A stretch of 64,000 nucleotides of DNA from a virus (taxonomy: Duplodnaviria; Caudoviricetes): positions 32,001 through 96,000 of the IMG/VR virus record IMGVR_UViG_3300018495_000076; one strand, 5' to 3'. Position numbers and translations under genes: made by a program. Numbering within the stretch: the first letter of the stretch is position 1; each line of letters opens with the position of its first letter. Below are positions 19,676 to 27,360 of the stretch, one piece after another. Below the pieces are notes generated by a model, which saw only the letters and a list, made by a program, of their open reading frames with translations, ran no database searches and was not told the DNA's origin.

Positions 19676-19821
19676 AACTTCCTCCTTCTGCCCGGCTCTT
19701 TCGAGCGTATGGAATTGGGCTGTAAAATTTTAATTGCCTTGCGGCTGGTAGAGCCTCGTTTTCGGTCGTAGGCTCTTAGTACCGAGTGTTTTACGTGTTA
19801 TCGCCTCACTGCCAAGGGTTA

Positions 19822-20469
19822 TTAGCCGAGCATATCCTCGGTCAAGCCATAGGTTTCAACTGCCTTTTTCCACTTAGGGGACTTCAGCAGACCCTCTTTT
19901 GCCTTGGGCATGAAGTCTTTGAGTTCCTCAGCAGACTTGCCCAGAACAGTGAATGTGGTTGCCGCTCCTCCGTTAGCAATGCTGTATGCACTTGCTGCAC
20001 GGTTCAGCACGGACATTTTCATTTTGTCGAGTGCCTTCTGGGCGGAGGGAGTGAGTTCCACCTTGGTTGCTTTCACTTCCTTGACCTCGGTTGCCGCCTT
20101 TGTGGGTGCGTCATTTCCTTTGCCCTTACGAGCATTGGACTTCTTGCTTCCCTTTTCGGACTTGCCATTTCCCTTGCTGTCGGTCTTAGGCTTGCTTTCC
20201 TTCGCCTGCTTGCTTGCTTCCTCAGGCTTGGGCTTACGGTTTGCCTTGTACTCATCTTCGCTCACGGAAGTAATTGCCTGAGCAACGAACTTCTTGGCAA
20301 GAGCAACCTTAGGGAACTCGGCCTTGAATCCGCCTACACCCTTGAGCACTGTGCCACCAAGGCTTTCAACGATGGCTTTGTTGCGTACATACAGGTCATG
20401 TGCCACATAACGATCTGCGGTTACGATGGTCTTGTTCTGTGTGAAGTTGATAGGTGTAAAGTTTGTCAT
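19822..20469 (-). CDS. Lys/Ala-rich basic early protein
   Basis: SD; strongly biased codons; low-complexity basic linker. Confidence 0.85.
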   Translation of the reverse strand: MTNFTPINFTQNKTIVTADRYVAHDLYVRNKAIVESLGGTVLKGVGGFKAEFPKVALAKKFVAQAITSVSEDEYKANRKPKPEEASKQAKESKPKTDSKGNGKSEKGSKKSNARKGKGNDAPTKAATEVKEVKATKVELTPSAQKALDKMKMSVLNRAASAYSIANGGAATTFTVLGKSAEELKDFMPKAKEGLLKSPKWKKAVETYGLTEDMLG

Positions 20470-20545
20470 AATTAAACCTCCTTTGTGCCTTGTGCGCATA
20501 GGCTATGACATTGCGTGTACCTATGCAAGGCTATAATATTTTATT

Positions 20546-20612
20546 AGCCGTTAGCCGTGCTTATGCACGTTGCCCACCCTACACTATCGTGGAAGTCGGC
20601 TTGTTGTAGGGT
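20546..20612 (-). ncRNA. HDV-like ribozyme
   Basis: P1 ACCCUAC/GUAGGGU, P2 AGCCG/CGGCU, P3 ACU/AGU, L3 UCCACGAU, P1.1 CC/GG, P4 CGUGC-AUAA-GCACG, J4/2 GCUAA. Confidence 0.85.
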
Positions 20613-20613
20613 T

Positions 20614-20640
20614 AGGCAGTTTATACTCATACCCAGGAGT
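20614..20640 (-). ncRNA. 3'-UTR H-type pseudoknot, AUAAACUGC family copy 1
   Basis: ACUC-CUGGGUAU-GAGU-AUAAACU-GCCU. Confidence 0.65.
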
Positions 20641-20645
20641 GTGTG

Positions 20646-20933
20646 TTAACCAAGACAACGAACCATGCGTTTGAAGATGTCAATGTCCTTGAAGGACTTG
20701 ATGTAGCCACTATGGATGTAAGTATCGTTATCACGAATGGATACCCATAACACACCGTTTTTCATTCTGTCTACTACCACGATGATCTTGCGCTCGTCAT
20801 CTTGGCGCACACCAAAGAAGTCGAACCATAGACACTCTCCTTCACGCTTGAGTGTGCGTCTATCGTATGTGAAGTACCTATCCACATAAGATACGAGTTT
20901 ATTGGTGTTTGTTCTGGAAACTTTGAAAAACAT
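20646..20933 (-). CDS. hypothetical early protein
   Basis: AAGGAG SD. Confidence 0.75.
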   Translation of the reverse strand: MFFKVSRTNTNKLVSYVDRYFTYDRRTLKREGECLWFDFFGVRQDDERKIIVVVDRMKNGVLWVSIRDNDTYIHSGYIKSFKDIDIFKRMVRCLG

Positions 20934-20966
20934 AATCATTCTCCTTTTGCCTATTGGCGTTAATGT

Positions 20967-21013
20967 GGCAATTCGCATGCACCCTCGCCTCGTGAAGGCT
21001 TGCCCATGAGGGT
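20967..21013 (-). ncRNA. minimal HDV-like ribozyme lacking P4
   Basis: P1 ACCCUC/GAGGGU, P2 GGCAA/UUGCC, P3 GCC/GGC, L3 UUCACGA, J4/2 GCGAA. Confidence 0.8.
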
Positions 21014-21055
21014 ATCCATTTTTACGAGTTGGAATTTCAAGCTATCTCGTGTGTG

Positions 21056-21304
21056 CTATAAGTTAGCGCATAATTGGCAAAGCAACTTGTTGACATAGCC
21101 TTGTGGGTACAAGGTTAATGTGTATTTGTCCCTACAAGCACCAATCAGTTCCTCGACATCCATGTCGTCGAATGCCCACACAATCTCGTGATTGCGTGTA
21201 ATGATACCGTTAATTTCGTCGTATGCGTCTACCACATATGCGTCACCAAAGCACCAATATCTTGTGCCCCAATTGTAGTTGACTTTTGCTATTTGCTTGT
21301 ACAT
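21056..21304 (-). CDS. hypothetical early protein
   Basis: AAGGAG SD. Confidence 0.75.
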   Translation of the reverse strand: MYKQIAKVNYNWGTRYWCFGDAYVVDAYDEINGIITRNHEIVWAFDDMDVEELIGACRDKYTLTLYPQGYVNKLLCQLCANL

Positions 21305-21324
21305 AAATCATCTCTCCTTTGCAA

Positions 21325-21377
21325 TCCGTTTCGGCTCATGCCATCATCGGCTCATGGACTTTTACCACGAGGACGGA
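21325..21377 (-). ncRNA. type III hammerhead ribozyme (core CCGAUGA)
   Basis: UCCG-UC / CUCGUGG UAAAAGU CCAUGAG / CCGAUGA-U / GGC AUGA GCC / GAAA CGGA. Confidence 0.8.
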
Positions 21378-21404
21378 AGGCAGTTTATGCTCGTGCCTGG
21401 GAGC
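21378..21404 (-). ncRNA. 3'-UTR H-type pseudoknot, AUAAACUGC family copy 2
   Basis: GCUC-CCAGGCAC-GAGC-AUAAACU-GCCU. Confidence 0.7.
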
Positions 21405-21411
21405 GTAGGTG

Positions 21412-21729
21412 TTAGTGTGACACATGTGTGATAGTGTCGTCGGTAACATCGAATGTGTACTGCGTATCAAAGTACACGGTTACGAGTGTGCCGTTGTCAA
21501 GATTGGTGGTGTAGTCCCAAATGTGTCCATCAGCAGTGATTATTGTGCCGTCTTCGTAGTATGTGCCCTCTTGAGTGCGTTCGCCCATAAGCACACACCA
21601 ACAGTTCCAATCAGCATAGATGGGATTGTGGCGAGTGTTTTTGCATACCACCTCGATGGTGCTTACGAGCATCCATGCGAGGACGAGCACGAATACGAGT
21701 GTGAATGCGTTGCTGATAAATTTTTTCAT
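21412..21729 (-). CDS. membrane-anchored hypothetical protein
   Basis: N-terminal hydrophobic helix FTLVFVLVLAWMLV. Confidence 0.8.
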   Translation of the reverse strand: MKKFISNAFTLVFVLVLAWMLVSTIEVVCKNTRHNPIYADWNCWCVLMGERTQEGTYYEDGTIITADGHIWDYTTNLDNGTLVTVYFDTQYTFDVTDDTITHVSH

Positions 21730-21782
21730 GGTTTTTCTCCTTTGCCCACTCACGAAATGGGACTTGTGAATTTTGTTTTAGG

Positions 21783-21850
21783 CGTGACTTCGGATGCATA
21801 AGCACCCAAACGCACTTGGCTTAACACGGTTTAGCCTCCCCAAGTGGAGG
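21783..21850 (-). ncRNA. pistol ribozyme
   Basis: P1 CCUCC-ACUUGG-GGAGG, CUAAAC, P2 CGUG, UUAAG, pseudoknot CCAAGU, GCG, P3 UUUGGGUGC-UUAU-GCAUCCGAA, G/U cleavage site, CACG. Confidence 0.9.
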
Positions 21851-21877
21851 GAGCAGTTTATGCACTTGCTCAGGTGC
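21851..21877 (-). ncRNA. 3'-UTR H-type pseudoknot, AUAAACUGC family copy 3
   Basis: GCAC-CUGAGCAA-GUGC-AUAAACU-GCUC. Confidence 0.7.
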
Positions 21878-21884
21878 ATGGGTG

Positions 21885-22409
21885 TTAGCGAACACTCTCC
21901 CAGTATGTCCAACCTTCAGAGCCAATCTGTGCAGACATGTTGTGCTTGCGAAGGACGGAAGCAACTGCCTTATTGGCTTCTCTGCCTTTGCCTGCATAGG
22001 TATCAATCCCAATCTGCCACTCAGCCTTGGTAGGCTTGGGATCACCCTTGCCAGCGGGTCTGCGAGCACGAAGCTTTGCCTTAGGCTTTTCTGCTTTGGG
22101 TTGTTCATCGGTTTCACTCTTGGGTGCCTCTGTGTGCATAGGGTAAAGCAATCCATCACTGTCGAAATGCCCAATGGCAGTCCACTGGAAGGTCTTCTCC
22201 TTCGTGCATTCGAGAGCGCAAAGCGTGTTCTCGTACTTTACGAGATTCCACAAAGCAACCTTGTTGGCATCCTTGCCACCTTTGATGGTGCTTGTTATGC
22301 ACACACATGTCTGGGTGTAGTATGCTTCGTTTGTGAAGCGAACTGCACCTGCTTTTTCTGCGGCTGTGTATGCGCCTGCGAGTGTCTTGTAAGTCTTGTT
22401 GGTTTTCAT
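21885..22409 (-). CDS. basic early protein; C-terminal domain paralogous to 22573..23085
   Basis: AGKGREANK...WTYWESVR. Confidence 0.85.
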   Translation of the reverse strand: MKTNKTYKTLAGAYTAAEKAGAVRFTNEAYYTQTCVCITSTIKGGKDANKVALWNLVKYENTLCALECTKEKTFQWTAIGHFDSDGLLYPMHTEAPKSETDEQPKAEKPKAKLRARRPAGKGDPKPTKAEWQIGIDTYAGKGREANKAVASVLRKHNMSAQIGSEGWTYWESVR

Positions 22410-22473
22410 AGTACCTCCTTTGCCCATATGGGCGTGCTCGGTTTATGCACATGAACTGGTGCGTGAATTTTGT

Positions 22474-22543
22474 GTCCCGCTCTGCCTTGACAAGACGAAG
22501 TCTTGCCTCACGGACTTGCGACCGTCGTTGGTGGCATTAAGAC
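22474..22543 (-). ncRNA. twister ribozyme (type P1, with P5)
   Basis: GUCU-UAA-UGCC-AC...ACGG-UCGCAAGU-CCGU...P5...AA-GGCA-GAGCG-GGAC; both pseudoknots (AC/GU, CGC/GCG) are complementary. Confidence 0.88.
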
Positions 22544-22572
22544 GCCCCCACCCGAAGGTGAGGGCATGTGTG

Positions 22573-23085
22573 TTAGCGAATGGACTTCCAATAGTCCCAC
22601 TCTGCACCGTTGGGTTCAATGCCGAACTCGCGGATGATTGCGGCTGCCTGCTTGTTCGCGCTCTTGCCCTTGCCTGCGAGCTTGTCGAGTTTTTTCAGCA
22701 ACTTGGCATTGCCCTTGCCGTTTGTGCGCTTGGGTGCGTTCACGGGCATGAGCACGCAGCCGTCGCCGTTAGCCGTGCCTTGAATCGTGTATTCCTTGCC
22801 GTCCATCAAGTCCTCGTACTCACGAGCGGGATCGTATGCCTCGGCGCGCTCGGACTTGGGCACATACGCTGCGTGAGCCTCGGCATAGTCTGCTCTGAAC
22901 TTTTTTGCTACGGATTCTGCCGTTTTGACGGAGTCAAATGTTACGGCTACGAAGCCTTCGGCAGTTTTGGCGATTTCGGTGTTGTGGTCTTGGGCGAGCT
23001 GCACGAGCGCCTTGTATGCGCCGTACGGCAGGTACGCGGTTGCGGTAAGGGTGTTCTGGGTTCTCTTAATCAAATTCTTAGACAT
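22573..23085 (-). CDS. first gene of leftward early operon, basic protein
   Basis: AAGGAGG SD; AGKGKSANK...WDYWKSIR C-terminus. Confidence 0.85.
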   Translation of the reverse strand: MSKNLIKRTQNTLTATAYLPYGAYKALVQLAQDHNTEIAKTAEGFVAVTFDSVKTAESVAKKFRADYAEAHAAYVPKSERAEAYDPAREYEDLMDGKEYTIQGTANGDGCVLMPVNAPKRTNGKGNAKLLKKLDKLAGKGKSANKQAAAIIREFGIEPNGAEWDYWKSIR

Positions 23086-23175
23086 AAATGCCTCCTTCTG
23101 CGTGGATCACACGCTCATATATTGCGTATGTGCTATACACATACACTCACCAAGGGTATCCCTCGGAAATCTATG

Positions 23176-23203
23176 ACCATATCATACTCCATGCCTTATG
23201 CAA
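23176..23203 (-). promoter_or_regulatory. probable sigmaA-type promoter of the leftward operon
   Basis: TTGCAT-16-TATGGT with TGn extension and AT-rich UP region. Confidence 0.5.
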
Positions 23204-23911
23204 TAAAATTCTGAAAACTCATATTTTCTGTACTTTTTGAAAAAAATCACTGGGGGTAGATAAAACCACGACTTTTGAGTGCTTTTTGCTTTATTATGGA
23301 ACGAGGTCTACTTCTACACTGACTTCAAAATGTACGAAAAATATTTTCCAAAATCACACTCTCCAGCCCTAATAAATTACACCAATCCACTCCAACTTTA
23401 CCACCTTAAAACCACACCAAAATCACCATAGCCCATACCACAAAACAGTCTGGGCAAGATAATTTTTCTCCAAATAGCCACCTAATCCCGCAACTTATCA
23501 ATCAATACACCACTTCTCAAACACCTCACCTCTTTAAACTACAAGAAAAACCCTTATTATTTCCCCTAACCCCCATGTCATAAAACAAAATCGTCTTCCT
23601 GGCAACAAATTCCCACTATAACAATCGTTTTCAAAAATCACTCAACAAAAACAACAACATACCACACAAAACCACATATAATACAACATTTTCCTATATA
23701 CAACTCTTCCTGATCTCACAATCCTTAAAACCACCAATTTTCAGCCATCATAACCACTTCTCACAAGCAAAAACCCACTATAATCAATTAAAATAGGGGG
23801 TATCATTAAACTGCACACATATAACAACCCCATAATGTGATACAAAACCACACATATACAAAAAATATTTTCCATGATTGTTAAAAATATGTAAACATTG
23901 CTACACATCTA

Positions 23912-23960
23912 TTTACAATTCATTTAAATTAGTTTATACTATTTACAGTACAAAATGATT
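23912..23960 (+). promoter_or_regulatory. sigmaA-type promoter plus downstream TACAAAATGATT box
   Basis: TTTACA-17-TATACT, box 8 nt after the -10. Confidence 0.65.
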
Positions 23961-23977
23961 CATAAGGAGATACACAC

Positions 23978-24376
23978 ATGCCAAAAAACAAAATTCAAAC
24001 CTATGTACCCGGCAAAGGAGTATTAGATATTCAAGTTGCTGCCAACCAAAAAGTAATTGAGATCCACAAGGTCAACCCCAAAGGCAAATTCATCTTAGAC
24101 ATTGAAGCCAACAAGCAAGCAATGCAATCACTATCACCTCAAGCCTATATGCTCTATATGCATTTCATCTTAAATATCCCCGGCTACAAAGAAGCATTAA
24201 GTCTCAAGAACATTACAGAAACAACATCTCTTACAGAACGTACCTACTATAAAGCCGTTAACGAGCTTATAGAAAAAAAATATCTCGTCAAAGAAGACCA
24301 CTTAGACTTCTCTGACTATTATGGCTTTTACGAGAACCCTTTCAAGGGGTGCGACGAAGTCGAATCCCTAGTTTGA
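23978..24376 (+). CDS. winged-helix DNA-binding protein (replication-initiator-like)
   Basis: LSLKNITETTSLTERTYYKAVNELIEKKYL wHTH pattern; followed by AT tract and 24-bp repeats. Confidence 0.6.
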   Translation: MPKNKIQTYVPGKGVLDIQVAANQKVIEIHKVNPKGKFILDIEANKQAMQSLSPQAYMLYMHFILNIPGYKEALSLKNITETTSLTERTYYKAVNELIEKKYLVKEDHLDFSDYYGFYENPFKGCDEVESLV

Positions 24377-24438
24377 AATTACGAAGTATATTTCAAATTT
24401 ACTTTTTTATATTTATATATTTTATATTTATATATATA

Positions 24439-24498
24439 TGTTCCGACACGCTGTCGGAGGGGTGCTCTGACATTTTGTAGGGAGAGTGCTCCGACATT
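24439..24498. repeat. three iteron-like repeats TG(T/C)TC(C/T)GACA with a 24-bp period
   Basis: copies at 24439, 24463 and 24487; first copy is part of palindrome TCCGACA-CGC-TGTCGGA. Confidence 0.65.
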
Positions 24499-24522
24499 AA
24501 GAAAAAAGGAGCTTATAAATGT

Positions 24523-25017
24523 ATGGATAATCTTTTTCGTATAAATGGAAATGATTTAATTCAATATAATGCCGATACAGATTGGTATGGCAAATATTTC
24601 GACACATTCTCAAATAGTGCACAATTAAAAACATCCGCTGGCGTATACGCCTTTATATTATGTAATGAAATTGTATATATTGGTTCAAGTATTAATTTAT
24701 TTAGCAGGTTGCGAACACATATTATGAATATACAATGTGGTAACAAGTGCCATACACACAGCATTGGTGAAAGGAAATATTATTATTTTAATAAATACAT
24801 CACCAACATGCAATATACACTTTTGCAAGTCTGTGACAAGCATATATCTAAATCCGAATTAGAAGCATATGAATATGAATACATCAAAACACATGAACCA
24901 ATATTTAATGTTCAATATGGAAAGCAACGTAAAAAATGGAATGGAACCGACCAAGATATTAACAATTTTGTTAATGGAGTAATTGCTATCAACAAATTAA
25001 AAAGTAAATTAGATTAA
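24523..25017 (+). CDS. GIY-YIG nuclease-family protein
   Basis: GVYAF...VYIGSSINLFSRLRTH...E...FN motif set. Confidence 0.8.
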   Translation: MDNLFRINGNDLIQYNADTDWYGKYFDTFSNSAQLKTSAGVYAFILCNEIVYIGSSINLFSRLRTHIMNIQCGNKCHTHSIGERKYYYFNKYITNMQYTLLQVCDKHISKSELEAYEYEYIKTHEPIFNVQYGKQRKKWNGTDQDINNFVNGVIAINKLKSKLD

Positions 25018-25029
25018 GGAGAACCATCA

Positions 25030-25335
25030 ATGAACTGCCTAGACAACGAATGCCGTCATCAATATGTCGTGCTTGATGACTTTTACTGCAAACTTACCGG
25101 CAAACCAATTCCAGAAGATATAGATGTCACACAATGCAAAAACTATGTACAGGCACGCACTTGTACTAACTGTGTTTATGGTATCCCAACGATATATGAA
25201 ACTGGCACCATTGATGATATAGAATACAGGTGTTCACTTCAAAATAAAAAACTCATGTACGACGATTCAAATCCGTATTATAGGCATTATGCAGATGTGC
25301 CTGAATGCAACATTAATAAGTTCAAAGGAGTATAA
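25030..25335 (+). CDS. Cys-rich hypothetical protein
   Basis: ORF with SD. Confidence 0.7.
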   Translation: MNCLDNECRHQYVVLDDFYCKLTGKPIPEDIDVTQCKNYVQARTCTNCVYGIPTIYETGTIDDIEYRCSLQNKKLMYDDSNPYYRHYADVPECNINKFKGV

Positions 25336-25338
25336 CAA

Positions 25339-25530
25339 ATGAACCTACAAGAATTTCATGCTTACCAAAACCAGGACGGCACATATCGTATTGAGGCAAA
25401 TTCTACGGTTAAGTATGGTGAAATAGAACGCAATGGAAAACTAATCATCCCTCGTGCTAGACTCACCATGGAAGCATTAGTAGATTACGACACTTGTAAT
25501 GTAATGACATTTATAACGGAGGAAAATTAA
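25339..25530 (+). CDS. hypothetical protein
   Basis: ORF with SD. Confidence 0.7.
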   Translation: MNLQEFHAYQNQDGTYRIEANSTVKYGEIERNGKLIIPRARLTMEALVDYDTCNVMTFITEEN

Positions 25531-25531
25531 T

Positions 25532-25837
25532 ATGCTTGACAAATATCAGTATTTTAAACGGTCAAAATCCGAAATGAAGCAAGAAGAAATCGTAAATAAC
25601 ATTTGTAACAAACTATGGGATCAACATGGATACAATACAGCTTTTTATCTTGGTGGATTATTGGAATTAAAATGTATCGCAACAGTATTGAGAGATAAAG
25701 AATATTTTACTAAACAAGACATGCTGAAAGTTATTGATTATTATACAAAACAAAAAGACGTACCAGATGAAATTAAAGAATTAGCAAATATAATTTTAAA
25801 AGAATTTGATTATAAGGAGAAAGAAGATGGCAATTAA
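25532..25837 (+). CDS. hypothetical protein
   Basis: ORF with SD. Confidence 0.7.
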   Translation: MLDKYQYFKRSKSEMKQEEIVNNICNKLWDQHGYNTAFYLGGLLELKCIATVLRDKEYFTKQDMLKVIDYYTKQKDVPDEIKELANIILKEFDYKEKEDGN

Positions 25838-26243
25838 AATGCTTAAAGAGGCAACAAAAGTATTTTTAGCTGAGTGTGGCAAGTGTGATTGTGTGTTTCA
25901 GTATGATATTAGTGATGTATACACAGGATTCTCATACTCGTATGTGCATTGTCCACATTGTAATACAACAATACCTCACGAAAACAGAAAGAACCATAAA
26001 GAAAATGAGATTAAAAATGCACCCACAGTCAATCTATATGAATGGATTAGTGTTGAAGATAGGTTGCCTGACGAACTATTTACCGCAGTGCTTATTTATT
26101 GCCCAAAGAACCAAAATATTTATTGTGCATACTTAAATACTAGAAATGAATGGCATATTTTTGATTATGGTGTCGGACAACAAGTTGTTGAAAGTGTCAC
26201 TCACTGGATGCCATTGCCCAATTCACCAGCAACAAAGCAATAA
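25827..26243 (+). CDS. Zn-ribbon plus DUF551-like protein
   Basis: CGKC...CPHC; EWISVEDRLP...VTHWMPLP. Confidence 0.8.
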   Translation: MAIKMLKEATKVFLAECGKCDCVFQYDISDVYTGFSYSYVHCPHCNTTIPHENRKNHKENEIKNAPTVNLYEWISVEDRLPDELFTAVLIYCPKNQNIYCAYLNTRNEWHIFDYGVGQQVVESVTHWMPLPNSPATKQ

Positions 26244-26258
26244 GAAAGGAACAAAGAA

Positions 26259-26852
26259 ATGCAAAAAGCAAGAAAAACACCGACGGCAGAACAAAAACAA
26301 TGGATGAAAGAAAACGGCTATACCGAAAAGCAAATGGATGCGTTTTGGGAAGAAAATATTGAAAGCAATCCAATTGTACGAAATTTAAATAGCCATGGTA
26401 TGAGTTGGCGAGATATGAATATATCAGTCGTGTCTAAATTGCCCACACAAAAAGAACGAGATCTTGAAGCAAAAAAGAAAAAAGAAATTGAAGAACGGCA
26501 AAAAGCTGAAGCCGAAGCCAAGGCGAAAGCCGAAAAGGAATACTATCATGAGCATTTTGAAGAAATCATTGTAAAGAAAATTTTGGACGGCGAAAAACTG
26601 AGTGAAAAAGAGTTAATACGGATTAAAGACTTTGAAATTGACCGTGAAGACGGTGATAACCGTAGGTGGAGCAGAACTGTAACATCAATTCTGCATATGT
26701 GTGATCGTTACTTCGCATTGGTATGGGAAGAAGGGCTGACAGAATATCAAGACAACGAATATTATAACCAGCCATACGAAGTTGTGAAAAGAACTTACCA
26801 AAAGACTATAACCGTAACAGAATGGGTGGAGGCAAGCAATGAAGTGCAATAA
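26259..26852 (+). CDS. hypothetical phage protein
   Basis: ORF with SD. Confidence 0.8.
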   Translation: MQKARKTPTAEQKQWMKENGYTEKQMDAFWEENIESNPIVRNLNSHGMSWRDMNISVVSKLPTQKERDLEAKKKKEIEERQKAEAEAKAKAEKEYYHEHFEEIIVKKILDGEKLSEKELIRIKDFEIDREDGDNRRWSRTVTSILHMCDRYFALVWEEGLTEYQDNEYYNQPYEVVKRTYQKTITVTEWVEASNEVQ

Positions 26853-27165
26853 AAAACGCAAACCGACATATCCATGGTATCACATCGAAAAATGCCCAAT
26901 ATGTGGCTCGGACACATTTCAATATATGTCTGAGTCTATGTGGGGCTGGGGAACGGTCGAGCAGCACGGTGATTGCTTAAGGTGCGGCTACACTGTGGAG
27001 CAAGCATATTCTCCGGTCTATGAGGCATTTTGGGATGTGAAAAGAGGATATAAGCATCCTACATTGGGCTATATTGAAAAGAATGTCAAGCGGCACAAGA
27101 GGATTAGACGGAAGAAGAATATTAAGGATATTGAAGTTAATCCTTTATGGATCAAATACATATAA
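26839..27165 (+). CDS. Zn-ribbon protein
   Basis: CPICG...CLRCG. Confidence 0.75.
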   Translation: MKCNKKRKPTYPWYHIEKCPICGSDTFQYMSESMWGWGTVEQHGDCLRCGYTVEQAYSPVYEAFWDVKRGYKHPTLGYIEKNVKRHKRIRRKKNIKDIEVNPLWIKYI

Positions 27166-27189
27166 AAATAAAATTTTAAGGGGTAGAGT

Positions 27190-27360
27190 ATGACAAATTT
27201 TGAATATATTAAATCTATGACAGCCGAAGAGTTTTTTGATTTTGTATCTGATTTAGAGTTATATAAATGCAATGGCTGTCCTGCTAAGAGTAAATGTGGC
27301 GAATATTATTCTTGCCCAGATGCTTTTGTAGCGTGGTTAAACAAAGAGAAGGACGAATAA
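27190..27360 (+). CDS. small Cys-containing protein (MTNFEYIKSMT...), not in ORF track
   Basis: typical MTNFExIKxM start; flanked by two TAAAA-N6-TTTTA sites. Confidence 0.7.
   Translation: MTNFEYIKSMTAEEFFDFVSDLELYKCNGCPAKSKCGEYYSCPDAFVAWLNKEKDE

Noticed and set aside
20614-21877. AUAAACUGC pseudoknots as truncated pistol ribozymes
   Set aside because: They resemble pistol P1 plus the A-rich linker, but the pseudoknot partner follows directly and P2, P3 and the GCG core are absent.
19786-23214. Long plus-strand ORFs (19786..20475, 21882..22454, 22396..23214)
   Set aside because: Antisense shadows in a GC-rich block; the SD-bearing genes and all RNA motifs are on the minus strand.
24439-24498. 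Mini CRISPR array
   Set aside because: The 24-bp period is too short, the spacers resemble each other, and no cas genes are present.
24523-25017. Group I intron around the GIY-YIG gene
   Set aside because: No interrupted host gene or intron core elements recognised; the gene appears free-standing.
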